From IMG/VR virus record IMGVR_UViG_3300045988_108312: 56,568 nucleotides of DNA. One strand, given 5' to 3'. Source of the DNA: a virus. The first letter of the stretch is position 1; the number at the start of each line of letters is the position of its first letter. The notes under the pieces were generated by a model. That model saw only the letters and a program-made list of their open reading frames with translations. It did not search any database and had not been told where the DNA came from. Position numbers and translations under genes: made by a program. Of the stretch, positions 24,116-33,705 are shown one piece after another.

Positions 24116-24391
24116 ATGCTTTTACGCAGACATAAAATTAATTCAGTCAGACAGGGAGATAAATTACCAGAAAAAGAACAGGTACAGCAGGAACAGATAT
24201 ACGGTGATGAGCTGAAATATGAGCCAGAGGAAGAAAAACACTCTGGCTCTTTTCAGTATACAAGAACGTATATTAACCGTATGAGTACAGCAGACTTACA
24301 GGCACTTGCGACAGAAAAAGGAATTGCTAATGCTGATTCTATAAGCGGTGCGGAAATCAAGAAGATGCTAATTGAGCTTATGAGCTTATAA
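24116..24391 (+). CDS. Small head-associated protein with a Rho-N/SAP-like C-terminal motif
   Basis: MSTADLQALATEKGIANADSISGAEIKKMLIELM; start is ATG 24116 or TTG 24113. Confidence 0.55.
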   Translation: MLLRRHKINSVRQGDKLPEKEQVQQEQIYGDELKYEPEEEKHSGSFQYTRTYINRMSTADLQALATEKGIANADSISGAEIKKMLIELMSL

Positions 24392-24400
24392 GGGGTTGCC

Positions 24401-24787
24401 ATGGAAGAATACAGTATTTTACAACAAGTAAAAATCAGATTAGGACAATTTCATACTGAGGAAGTCACAGACCCAGATACAGGAATTATGTCTGATGTTA
24501 CTGTATTCGACCATAAGGAAGATAACCCAAGGTTAGAGCTTCTTATAAAGCAGTGTACCAATGAGGTAATCAACAAGCGGATGTACCCTAAGACCTATAC
24601 GCAGGAACAGATTGACAACGACTTGAAGCAATTTGAGGACACAATCATTAACCTAACGGTTTATGACCGTTCACAGGCAGGAGAAGCGTACATGGAGTCT
24701 TATACAGAAAACGGTGCAGTAAGCCGTAAATGGGTAGACAGAAGTACGCTTCTTACTGGTGTATATCCGTTTGTTAAGATTATATAA
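24401..24787 (+). CDS. Head-tail connector (gp6-like) protein
   Basis: Position after the capsid gene; size and pattern (LELLIKQCTNEVINKR...VYDRSQAGEAYMESYTENGAVSRKW). Confidence 0.55.
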   Translation: MEEYSILQQVKIRLGQFHTEEVTDPDTGIMSDVTVFDHKEDNPRLELLIKQCTNEVINKRMYPKTYTQEQIDNDLKQFEDTIINLTVYDRSQAGEAYMESYTENGAVSRKWVDRSTLLTGVYPFVKII

Positions 24788-24801
24788 GAAGATTGTGCAT
24801 G

Positions 24802-24868
24802 ACCATATTGCTGATGTCGGCAATATGGTTGTAGGCGGCACACAGTAAGAGGTGGAGGGCAGTGTGCC
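24802..24868 (+). promoter_or_regulatory. Two strong hairpins in the intergenic gap before the holin-like genes
   Basis: ACCATATTGC-8 nt-GCAATATGGT (24802-29) and GGCACAC-18 nt-GTGTGCC (24837-68); no T-runs. Confidence 0.5.
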
Positions 24869-24893
24869 TGTATTAAATTGCAGGAGATATAAA

Positions 24894-25199
24894 ATGAAAG
24901 AAATTTTATTACAGACTTACACCATAGCGTTACCAATATTGCTTGGTTATATAGTTTGGCTTCTGAAGCAACAGAAAAAAGACAAAGACGCCAATAGTAA
25001 AGGTACAATGTTACTTTTGCGAGTACAGCTTATCGAATATCACGATAAGTATATGAAACTCGGCGAAATACCATCTTATGCGTATGACAATTTTGTTGAA
25101 ATGTATAACGCATATCACGCATTGGGCGGTAATGGTATGGTAACCAAAATGTATAACGAAATACAGGAAATTCACTTAAAGAATGGAGGTAAGGATTAA
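24894..25199 (+). CDS. Single-pass membrane protein (possible holin partner/antiholin)
   Basis: ATG 24894 after CAGGAGA; N-terminal TM TYTIALPILLGYIVWLL. Confidence 0.55.
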   Translation: MKEILLQTYTIALPILLGYIVWLLKQQKKDKDANSKGTMLLLRVQLIEYHDKYMKLGEIPSYAYDNFVEMYNAYHALGGNGMVTKMYNEIQEIHLKNGGKD

Positions 25200-25200
25200 A

Positions 25201-25470
25201 ATGGATATAACATCAGTATCAACAGTAGTTGCAATCGTTGTAATTACATATCTGATAGGCTTAGGAGCTAAAGCAATCCCACACATTAAGGATAATTACA
25301 TTCCTATAATCGTAGGCATTGCAGGCGGTATCTTAGGTATTGTTGGAATGTATGTAATTCCAGATTTTCCGGCAAATGACATTCTTAATGCAATCGCAGT
25401 AGGAATTGTGTCCGGATTATCAAGCACAGGCGTCAATCAGATTTATAAACAGGTAAAGAAAAATGCTTGA
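25201..25470 (+). CDS. Holin (A118 Hol118 / Hol44-like, holin superfamily V)
   Basis: ATG 25201 after GGAGGTAAGG; TM helices and the C-terminal GLSSTGVNQIYKQVKK motif resemble the Hol118-type holin. Confidence 0.65.
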   Translation: MDITSVSTVVAIVVITYLIGLGAKAIPHIKDNYIPIIVGIAGGILGIVGMYVIPDFPANDILNAIAVGIVSGLSSTGVNQIYKQVKKNA

Positions 25471-25921
25471 TATTAATAAGCAGAAAATGAAATACGCCTT
25501 GCAAGTAGAATCAGTTACAATCCCTGTTACTGATGAGGATGGAAATCCTGTCTATGAGGGATATACGGATTCCAGTGGTACTTTTATTCCATACCTTGAT
25601 TCACAGGGCAATCCGATTCCTAAGACACAGGAAGTCAGCGGATTCGCAGAACCAGTTACTTTTTACGCCAACATCTCAAATAAATTGAGTGAAGTACTGG
25701 TAAAGCAGTTCGGTATTGACGATAGCACGTCCTATGTACAGATTTGCACTGATAAAGGCTATTTGCCAATTAAAGCAGGAGATGTTATATGGAAAAAGTC
25801 AGAAGTCATATTGAAAGATAACGGACTTCCAGACGAAGATAGCGCAGACTATGTTGTAAAGGGCGTAGCTGATGAGGGTCTGACCGCAGACCTTTTTTTA
25901 TTGCAGAAAGTTGTTAAGTAG
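25463..25921 (+). CDS. Head-tail joining region protein (hypothetical)
   Basis: Overlaps the holin stop; position in the connector module. Confidence 0.6.
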   Translation: MLDINKQKMKYALQVESVTIPVTDEDGNPVYEGYTDSSGTFIPYLDSQGNPIPKTQEVSGFAEPVTFYANISNKLSEVLVKQFGIDDSTSYVQICTDKGYLPIKAGDVIWKKSEVILKDNGLPDEDSADYVVKGVADEGLTADLFLLQKVVK

Positions 25922-25929
25922 GTGCTGAT

Positions 25930-26463
25930 ATGGCAAGAAAAGTTATCAAGATGGAATTATCCCAGAAATCAATACAGAACGCTATACAAGAACTTAGGAG
26001 CTATCAAAACTCATTAGAGTATAAATGTAGGCTATTAGCTGAAAAACTTGCTGAAAAGGGCGTAGAGATTGCAAGATTGCAAGTAACAGACCTTGATGCA
26101 GTATTTACTGGTGATTTGATGAGAAGTATTCATTCAGAGCACGTAAGAGATATAAAAGGCGGTGGCGTATACTCGGTTATAGCTGATGATGAATCAGCAT
26201 TGTTCGTAGAGTTTGGAACAGGAATTGTAGGACAGGAATCACCATATCCAGGAGAACTACCAGACGGTGTTACATGGGAATATGCAAGCGGTAAGACTAT
26301 AAGAAAGTTAGCAGACGGACGCTACGGATGGTTTTACCGTGACGATAACGGTCAATGGTGGTTTACGGAAGGTATGCCTAGCAGACCATTCATGTACTAC
26401 ACGGCTAATGAACTTAGGAAAATAATTCTCGAAACTGCAAAGGAGGTGTTCGGCAGTGATTGA
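25930..26463 (+). CDS. HK97 gp10-like tail-completion/head-tail adaptor protein
   Basis: FVEFGTGIVG ... GMPSRPFMYYTANEL pattern. Confidence 0.6.
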   Translation: MARKVIKMELSQKSIQNAIQELRSYQNSLEYKCRLLAEKLAEKGVEIARLQVTDLDAVFTGDLMRSIHSEHVRDIKGGGVYSVIADDESALFVEFGTGIVGQESPYPGELPDGVTWEYASGKTIRKLADGRYGWFYRDDNGQWWFTEGMPSRPFMYYTANELRKIILETAKEVFGSD

Positions 26464-26878
26464 TAATTCATGGGTGTTACGATTGCCAGACCAGATTTTC
26501 AATATGTTCTCTCATGAGATGAAACTTGCATATGGCAGTAAGTACAAAAATCTGTACATCACGCAGGATGAAGCAGTCACAGGAACACCGAAGTTTCCTA
26601 CAGTGCTAATGAGACAGATAGGCGCTAAAGAAGAAGGACAGGATTTAACAGGCGAGAGGATAAACGCTGTAAGACCAACATTTCAGATTACCATTAACTA
26701 CCAAGGCGAAAAAGCAGAAGACAGGGCAGAATTAGTTGATATGACAGCAACGGCTATCAACTTTTTTAAATGGAAGAGGTTCGAGGTAAGAGACCCTGAT
26801 TATACGATAACCAATAAAATCAGGACGGCAACATTTAGGGCAAGCCGATTATTCGGCTCTATGGACCCGTTACAATAA
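26456..26878 (+). CDS. Tail terminator/completion protein (hypothetical)
   Basis: GTG start 7 nt after AAGGAGGTG; position before the major tail gene. Confidence 0.55.
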   Translation: MIDNSWVLRLPDQIFNMFSHEMKLAYGSKYKNLYITQDEAVTGTPKFPTVLMRQIGAKEEGQDLTGERINAVRPTFQITINYQGEKAEDRAELVDMTATAINFFKWKRFEVRDPDYTITNKIRTATFRASRLFGSMDPLQ

Positions 26879-26945
26879 CTATTAACTGGCACACAACAGG
26901 GTGTGTCACTGACCGCATTAATTAGCGGTAGAAAGGACGGTATAT

Positions 26946-27419
26946 ATGGCGGCAACTATAGCTGGCTTATCCAGTCTGGGTATTACGTTTGGGTATGGCG
27001 TAGAAGATACAGCAGGAACAAAACCAGATACATTTACCCAGTTGGACAGAATTAATGCTATCGGCGGTATCACAATCGAGAATGAACAGATTGATGCATC
27101 TGCGCTGGAAGATTTAGTTTCCAGATACATTCAGGGGCGTGGTGATACAGGCGGTTCATTTGCAGTTACTATTAACTTTACAACAGAAACTCTTACGCAG
27201 TGGGAAACGGTAATATCTACTTACACAGCGCTGACAGGTGGTAAAAGAATGTGGTTTGAGACGATCATTCCTAAGTTTGAAAAGGCTTTCTTTGTTGTGG
27301 CACAGCCGCCTACAGCAATTCCTGCGCCAGAGTTTGCACAGAATGAGTTGCTTACCCTTGAGATGAACCTTACAATCGAGGAATACAAGGGCATGGAAAC
27401 AAAGGTAGCGTTTACCTAA
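26946..27419 (+). CDS. Major tail protein
   Basis: 157 aa, directly upstream of the frameshifted chaperone pair and followed by a strong terminator. Confidence 0.7.
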   Translation: MAATIAGLSSLGITFGYGVEDTAGTKPDTFTQLDRINAIGGITIENEQIDASALEDLVSRYIQGRGDTGGSFAVTINFTTETLTQWETVISTYTALTGGKRMWFETIIPKFEKAFFVVAQPPTAIPAPEFAQNELLTLEMNLTIEEYKGMETKVAFT

Positions 27420-27434
27420 GTTAGATTAAAAAAC

Positions 27435-27464
27435 AGGGGCGGTCTTAGGACTGCCCCCTTTCTT
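27435..27464 (+). terminator. Rho-independent terminator (attenuating, after the major tail gene)
   Basis: GGGGCGGTC-ttag-GACTGCCCC followed by CTTTC. Confidence 0.75.
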
Positions 27465-27491
27465 ACTAATAGTAAGGGAAAGGAAAATAAT

Positions 27492-27923
27492 ATGATGAAA
27501 ATTAAAGTAAATGAAAAAGAATACACAATCAAATTCGGTTATGAACCGACACTGAAATCAAGATTGCTTTCAAGAGTAGCAAAAATGTCCGTATCTATGA
27601 AAGAGAACGCACAGGATAATATGGAGCAGATTGAAAATATGCTTTTATTTATCCCAGAAATGGTACTGGTCGGATTGCAGAAGTTTCACGCTGATGAGTT
27701 CGGCTATAACCTTGATACCAAAGAGGGTTACGAGGAGGCAAAAAATAAGGCTTTTGAGCTTGTCGGAAATTATGTAGATAATGGTGAAGTAGACGTAACA
27801 GACTTCTTTACAGATTTACAGGAGGAAATGACTTCTAACGGTTTTTTAAAGAAGATGTTCGAGAGGGAGGTTCAGAAAGAACAGGCGGCAACTCCGAACA
27901 GCAAGCAGAAAGCCGAGAATTAA
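27492..27923 (+). CDS. Tail assembly chaperone (gpG-like, zero-frame product)
   Basis: Position between the major tail and tape measure genes; MMKIKVNEKEYTIKFGYE... Confidence 0.75.
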   Translation: MMKIKVNEKEYTIKFGYEPTLKSRLLSRVAKMSVSMKENAQDNMEQIENMLLFIPEMVLVGLQKFHADEFGYNLDTKEGYEEAKNKAFELVGNYVDNGEVDVTDFFTDLQEEMTSNGFLKKMFEREVQKEQAATPNSKQKAEN

Positions 27924-28324
27924 CATGGAAATTATACTGTGAGGAAATACGTCCTTATTGGCTTGCTGTAACTAAGGGATATGGACTCACAGTGCATGAT
28001 ATAGACTGGTCTTGTCCTTCTGATTTAAGACCATACGAACTGGCATACAGACTGGAAAAACAGAAAAATGACAATGACGCATGGCTTATGTTTGGCACAT
28101 ATGGCATATCTGCTCTTACGGTTGCTATTGACCATTGCTTGAATGGCAGAAAAGCACGTAGCAGTTACATTGATAAGCCCATAATGAAAGAACTTGAAGA
28201 AAAGAATAAGCCATTATCGGAAGAAGAAATGGACAGACAAAGAGAGCTGTTTGTGGCAAAATTGGAAGCCATGAGAGTTAATTTTGAATTGAATCACAAA
28301 AAGAAAGAAGCTGATAAAAAATGA
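27492..28324 (+). CDS. Tail assembly chaperone -1 frameshift fusion (gpGT-like): 27492..27848 joined to 27848..28324
   Basis: The -1 frame is open from the slippery site through the track ORF 27992..28324 (hand-translated, no stops). Confidence 0.65.
27842..27848 (+). promoter_or_regulatory. -1 programmed ribosomal frameshift slippery heptamer T TTT TTA
   Basis: Zero-frame codons GGT TTT TTA AAG; canonical X XXY YYZ. Confidence 0.7.
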
Positions 28325-29196
28325 GTTATATCGGTATAGATGTATCGGCATATCAGGGAACTATTGACTGGGCAAAAGTCAAGGCAAGCGGCATCCAGTT
28401 TGCCATCCTTAAAATCATCCGTAAGGACTTGAACCGTGATAAGCAGTTTGAAGCTAACTGGTCAGGCTGTAAAGCAAACGGATTGACGATACAGGGCGTT
28501 TACAACTACAGCTATGCGACAACAGTTACAAAGGCTAGAAATGATGCAAGAAAAGTAGCAGAAATTCTTAATGGTCGTGAGACAATGGTATGGCTGGACG
28601 TTGAGGACAACTGTCAGAGAGGACTTAGAAGCAAGCTGATTGATATTATCAACGCTTACGGTGATGTTATCAGAAGTTATGGGCTTGCATTCGGAGTGTA
28701 TACTGGAAAGTCTTTCTACAATTCCTACATCAAGCCATATGGTGGCGTGAAATATCCTATGTGGATTGCGGCATATGGAAAGAATAAAGGAAACATGGAC
28801 TTGAAGTACCAGCCACAGATTGATAGTTTGATAGGGTGGCAGTACACGTCTAAAGGAGCTGTAAGCGGCGTTAATGGCAATGTTGATATGAATGTATGGT
28901 ATCGTGAATTAAACGAATTACAGAACGTCTACGACACGCACAATAACCCATATCCAGAGCCTACGAGAATCCTTTATAAGAAAGTACCCTGTATGCGTGG
29001 GGATGATGTGAAGTGGCTACAGACGGAACTTATCTATCATAAGTGCCTGTCTGCCACAAATGCAAAAGGCAAGAGCAATATTGACGGTATATTGGGAAAT
29101 GATACAGCCAGTGCAATCGGAGTTTTCCAAAAACGTGTAGGAATAACGGTAGATTGCAAGGCAGGAAAAGTAACAAGAGAATACCTGAAAAGATAA
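28321..29196 (+). CDS. Endolysin: GH25 muramidase plus a C-terminal PG_binding_1 domain
   Basis: IGIDVSAYQGTIDWAKVKASGIQFAILK...WLDVED; C-terminus GDDVKWLQTEL...DGILGNDTASAIGVFQKRVGITVDCKAGKVT. Confidence 0.9.
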   Translation: MSYIGIDVSAYQGTIDWAKVKASGIQFAILKIIRKDLNRDKQFEANWSGCKANGLTIQGVYNYSYATTVTKARNDARKVAEILNGRETMVWLDVEDNCQRGLRSKLIDIINAYGDVIRSYGLAFGVYTGKSFYNSYIKPYGGVKYPMWIAAYGKNKGNMDLKYQPQIDSLIGWQYTSKGAVSGVNGNVDMNVWYRELNELQNVYDTHNNPYPEPTRILYKKVPCMRGDDVKWLQTELIYHKCLSATNAKGKSNIDGILGNDTASAIGVFQKRVGITVDCKAGKVTREYLKR

Positions 29197-29201
29197 CACA
29201 G

Positions 29202-29234
29202 GGGCGGTAGAGGTCATAGTCTACTGCCCTTTTT
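29202..29234 (+). terminator. Rho-independent terminator
   Basis: GGGCGGTAGA-8 nt-TCTACTGCCC followed by TTTTT. Confidence 0.8.
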
Positions 29235-29289
29235 ACTGGCTATCGGTTGGAGATAGTCACTCACTTTAACAGTTGAAAGTAGGTGCAGT

Positions 29290-32200
29290 ATGGCAGAGAT
29301 TGATTCACTGGAAATTCAAATTAAAGCGCAGGCAACAAAGGCGAATAATGCGATTGACAAGCTGATTACAAAACTTGATAAACTGTCTACTTCATTGAAC
29401 AGCATTAATACCAGTAATTTGAATGGTCTTGCGAATAGTGTAAATAGGCTTTCAAGTGCCATGCAGAGCATGAATAATGTTAAGACAACAGACTTTACAA
29501 GGCTTGCAAAGGGCATAGAAAAGATATCCACAGTAGACACAGCAAAAATAAACCGTGCGGCATCCTCTATGAACCAGCTTAGTAAAGCGTTTGGAAATAT
29601 TAAGGCTAGTAGTTCTGCTACTGCACAGATATCAGAACTGGCAAGAGGAATTTCACAGTTAGGTTATAAGTCCTCGACCAAAGCTATTGAGAATATCCCT
29701 AAACTTGCTACAGCTATGAACAGCCTTATGACAACACTTTCCAAAGCACCTACAGTCAATAGAAACATTATTGACATGACAAATGCACTGGCTAAACTTG
29801 CAAGGACAGGTTCTTCTAGTGGTCGTGCGGCTAATTCCCTTGCAAGCAGTCTGAATGTTTTTGGCAAGTCTGCTAAAAGTGCAAAGATAAACAGCTTTTC
29901 CCTTGCTTCTGCCTTTGGAAAATTATATGCATCATACTGGCTATTGTTCAGAGCGTTCCATAAGCTGGGGGATGCAATCGACATATCATCCTCATTGACG
30001 GAAGTAGAAAACGTTGTAAGGACGACATTCGGAAATTACGAAAAACTGATACAGGACTTTTCAAAGACCTCTATACAGGACTTTGGTATGTCAGAGCTGA
30101 TGGCAAAACAGGTAGCAAGCCGATTTCAAGCTATGGGCGTTGCCATGGGATTCTCACAGAAAAACATGGCGAATATGTCTTTGGAATTAACAAAACTGAC
30201 CGCAGATATGGCATCTTTCTATGATATGTCACAGACGGATGTTGCAAGGAATTTACAGGCTATTTTCACAGGTGAAACTGAGCCTTTAAGGAAATATGGT
30301 CTTGATTTGACGCAGGCAACTCTAAAAGAATGGGCGTTAAAACAGGGGTTAGATGCTGATATAACATCAATGACGCAGGCACAAAAGGCTATGTTACGTT
30401 ATCAGTATGTTATGCAGAATACAGCCGCCGCACAAGGAGACTTTGCACGTACAGCGGACACATGGCATAATCAGTTAGTAGTACTTACACAGTCATTCCA
30501 ACAGCTTGCATCTATTATTGGTGGTGCTTTAATCAACGCATTCAAGCCATTTGTACGTACACTGAATCAGACAATGCAGTATGTAATTGCATTTGCGGAG
30601 ACTGTTACCAATGCTTTAGGCTCAATATTCGGTTGGAAGTATGAGGTATCTGCTGGCGGTGTAGCCAAGGACTGGGCAGACGGAATGGACGATTTTTCAG
30701 ATGCTACTGGTGATGCGGCAAAGAACGCTAAAAAACTGAAAAATAATCTTCTTGGAATTGATGAATTAAATATTATTTCAGAGGATAAGGACAGTAAGGG
30801 CAGTGGCGGCAGTGCAGGAGCAAGCAAGGTTGATAAGACACAAGGCGGTCTTGTACAGGTAGATACCATTTTTAAGGACTATGAGAGCAGTATTAAGACT
30901 CTTGAACAGTTAGGAAATAAGGTAAGAGATACCCTTATAGGAACCATGGATTCTATAGAATGGGATAGTGTTTTCGAAAAGGCTAGAAACTTCGGTACAG
31001 GACTTGCAGAATTCTTGAATGGTTTACTTGACTATGATGGAGAGGGCAGAACATTATTCGGTAAGGTTGCGCAGACTTTGGCAAATACTTTGAATGCTAT
31101 CGTATATGCAGCACAGTCTTTTTCGGAAACGTTTGACTTTTATCAGTTTGGCGTGAATATTGCAGATGCAATCAATAATTTCTTTGCTACGTTTGATTTT
31201 TCGGCTTTAGCTAATACCTTGAATAAATGGGTAAACGGTATAAAAGATGCTATCAATGGATTCTTAGATAAAGTAGACTGGAAAACAGTTTTTAACGGAC
31301 TATATGACTTTTTCTCAAATTTAGAAATAGATACTGTAGAATTTATTGTTGGAACATTGCTTTTGAAAAAAATAGGTGCGGTAAGAATTGCAAGCGGTTT
31401 ATGGGAATCATTAAAAAAATCAATAAAGTTAGCAATAGACTTTGGACTAAAAGGCGGTATAGGATATTCTGACTTACTGATAAATTTAACCAGTTTTTCT
31501 GTTGCTTTTTCTCCAAATCTTGCGGCAATATGGGCTACCATAGAAGACCAATTTTTAAAAGGAACTATTTTCGATACAAATACATGGACAGGATTTCCAG
31601 CAAAAGTTAATGACGCTATAGACAATGCTATTGATTCGGTTGGAAATTTCCTTGTAAATGCTATGAGGGAAACTCTGACAACATTGTTCAACTGGGATGA
31701 AACAATGAGCCTTTTTGAACAGGCAAAAGATAACTTCAAAAAAGGTGGCGTATACATCTTAGAGGGAATATTAGACGGATTTGCAGGGGCAATAGCATTT
31801 ATCTTAGAACCAGTAAAAGACCTGTTTACAGCTATCTACAATGCAATCTGTGACGTATTCGGTATTCATTCCCCTGCGGAAACCATGAAGCCTTTAGGAG
31901 AGTATATCTTATTAGGAATCGTAGAGGGATTCTCCTCTATGTTTGATTCTTTTACGGAAAGTATAACGGAGTTTTGGGAGAATTACGTAGCACCATGGTT
32001 TTCTATCGAAAAATGGTCAGAGCTTCTTACCAATGTCACTACTGCATTTCAGACAAAATGGAATGAGATCGTAGAATGGTGGAATGGAACAGCTCTTGTC
32101 ACATGGTGGGAAGAAAGCGTTGTACCATGGTTCTCATTAGATACATGGCTTACTTTGCTCAACAATATAAAAGAGTCTTTTTCTACAAAATTTGGAGAAA

Positions 32201-32787
32201 CTATCACAAAATGGAAAACGGACATAAACACATGGTGGACTGTTAATGTTGCGCCATGGTTTACTAAACAAAGATGGGACACTATGCTCAATAAAATCCC
32301 AGAAGCCTTTAAAAATGCTTTTAAATTAGCTGCTAATGGTGCTATTGAATTCCTGAACGGTGTAATCAGTGGCGTAGAAAGCCTTGTTAATCATGCTATA
32401 GACGGATTAAAAAAGTTGGCAGAAGCGGCAAGCAAAATACCGGGGATTAGCTTTAGTATTGATATACCCAATGTATCTCTTCCAAGAATCCCAAAATTTT
32501 CGACTGGTGGCTTCCCAGAAACAGGAAGCCTTTTTTATGCAAATGAAGCAGGTCCCGAACTGGTAGGAACGATTGGCGGTAAAACAGCGGTAGCACCAAA
32601 TGAAGAAATAACAGGAATTAAAGAAGCTGTGTACGATAGTGGCACAAACACTGCTCAACTTCTATCCACAGCAATACAACTACTGCAAATTATTGCTGAT
32701 AAAGACTCTACAATCAATATAGACGGAAGAGAGCTTGTTAGTGCAACAGACGAAAGAAGAAACCGTAACGGATTTAGTTTTGCATAA
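29290..32787 (+). CDS. Tape measure protein
   Basis: 1165 aa; helical N-terminus, central TM-like segments, three Trp-rich repeats (V/A)PWF(S/T)..W..L near the C-terminus. Confidence 0.9.
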   Translation: MAEIDSLEIQIKAQATKANNAIDKLITKLDKLSTSLNSINTSNLNGLANSVNRLSSAMQSMNNVKTTDFTRLAKGIEKISTVDTAKINRAASSMNQLSKAFGNIKASSSATAQISELARGISQLGYKSSTKAIENIPKLATAMNSLMTTLSKAPTVNRNIIDMTNALAKLARTGSSSGRAANSLASSLNVFGKSAKSAKINSFSLASAFGKLYASYWLLFRAFHKLGDAIDISSSLTEVENVVRTTFGNYEKLIQDFSKTSIQDFGMSELMAKQVASRFQAMGVAMGFSQKNMANMSLELTKLTADMASFYDMSQTDVARNLQAIFTGETEPLRKYGLDLTQATLKEWALKQGLDADITSMTQAQKAMLRYQYVMQNTAAAQGDFARTADTWHNQLVVLTQSFQQLASIIGGALINAFKPFVRTLNQTMQYVIAFAETVTNALGSIFGWKYEVSAGGVAKDWADGMDDFSDATGDAAKNAKKLKNNLLGIDELNIISEDKDSKGSGGSAGASKVDKTQGGLVQVDTIFKDYESSIKTLEQLGNKVRDTLIGTMDSIEWDSVFEKARNFGTGLAEFLNGLLDYDGEGRTLFGKVAQTLANTLNAIVYAAQSFSETFDFYQFGVNIADAINNFFATFDFSALANTLNKWVNGIKDAINGFLDKVDWKTVFNGLYDFFSNLEIDTVEFIVGTLLLKKIGAVRIASGLWESLKKSIKLAIDFGLKGGIGYSDLLINLTSFSVAFSPNLAAIWATIEDQFLKGTIFDTNTWTGFPAKVNDAIDNAIDSVGNFLVNAMRETLTTLFNWDETMSLFEQAKDNFKKGGVYILEGILDGFAGAIAFILEPVKDLFTAIYNAICDVFGIHSPAETMKPLGEYILLGIVEGFSSMFDSFTESITEFWENYVAPWFSIEKWSELLTNVTTAFQTKWNEIVEWWNGTALVTWWEESVVPWFSLDTWLTLLNNIKESFSTKFGETITKWKTDINTWWTVNVAPWFTKQRWDTMLNKIPEAFKNAFKLAANGAIEFLNGVISGVESLVNHAIDGLKKLAEAASKIPGISFSIDIPNVSLPRIPKFSTGGFPETGSLFYANEAGPELVGTIGGKTAVAPNEEITGIKEAVYDSGTNTAQLLSTAIQLLQIIADKDSTINIDGRELVSATDERRNRNGFSFA

Positions 32788-32860
32788 GTTATGGTAAACT
32801 TTTGTAGAAATCTCCCTCTTAATATGATATAATTGTCAAAAAAAAGAGGGGGATATCTAC

Positions 32861-33505
32861 ATGGATAACCAAAACACAGAAATGAAAACTTGTAAATACT
32901 GCATGACGCAGATACCAAAGAAAGCAAAAATCTGCCCGAACTGCAAAAAGAAGCAGAGCCATACTGTACGGTGGGTAGTATTAGGGATTTTAGTATTTTT
33001 AATTCTTGTATCTTTATTTGGAGGTGGAAATAGTGAAACTACAAACAAAGATAAGAACCCACAAAAAGTAGACGAGGTTAAAACTTCAAAGGAAGAGACG
33101 GCAGAAAAAGAAGAACCCGTTAGCAATGTATTTAATGTGGGTGACGTTGTTGAAACAGAAAACATGAGAATTACTTTTATATCTGCTAAAGAATATGAAA
33201 GTGATAACCAGTTTTTACAACCTAAGGACGGATATACTTACTGGGAATTTTCTTTCAAGTTTGAAAATATATCAGACCATGACCAGTCTGTATCATCAAT
33301 GCTTAATTGGGAATGTTATGCTGATAATTCCAAATGTGATCAAACATGGCTAGGTGATGATAATGGGCTTGATGCAACATTGTCTAAGGGCAGAGAAACA
33401 CAAGGAACTGTAATGTTTGAAGTGCCAAAAGACGCAAACAGCATAGAGCTTGAATATGATGTAAATTTCTGGAAAGAAGATAAGATAATATTTGTAGGGA
33501 AATAA
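32861..33505 (+). CDS. Zinc-ribbon / TM / DUF4352-domain surface protein (moron)
   Basis: CKYC...CPNC, TM VVLGILVFLILVSLFG, then the DUF4352-like pattern FNVGDVVETENMRITFISAKE...GYTYWEFSFKFENIS...GTVMFEVPKD. Confidence 0.75.
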   Translation: MDNQNTEMKTCKYCMTQIPKKAKICPNCKKKQSHTVRWVVLGILVFLILVSLFGGGNSETTNKDKNPQKVDEVKTSKEETAEKEEPVSNVFNVGDVVETENMRITFISAKEYESDNQFLQPKDGYTYWEFSFKFENISDHDQSVSSMLNWECYADNSKCDQTWLGDDNGLDATLSKGRETQGTVMFEVPKDANSIELEYDVNFWKEDKIIFVGK

Positions 33506-33518
33506 ATAAGAAAATTAA

Positions 33519-33548
33519 GTAGGACGGCACTTGACCGTCCTATTTTTA
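33519..33548 (+). terminator. Rho-independent terminator
   Basis: AGGACGG-cacttga-CCGTCCT followed by ATTTTT. Confidence 0.8.
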
Positions 33549-33705
33549 TGCATAAAAAGTAGCGCCGTATTTTCGGCTCTATTAAAAAGAAATTAACAGC
33601 ATCTACATAACGTAGGTGTTTTTCTTTTATATAAATTATTAATTATGTAAACGTAATACATTGTACAATATACTTTGCAATAGCAATGAACAGGGGGTTG
33701 ACATA

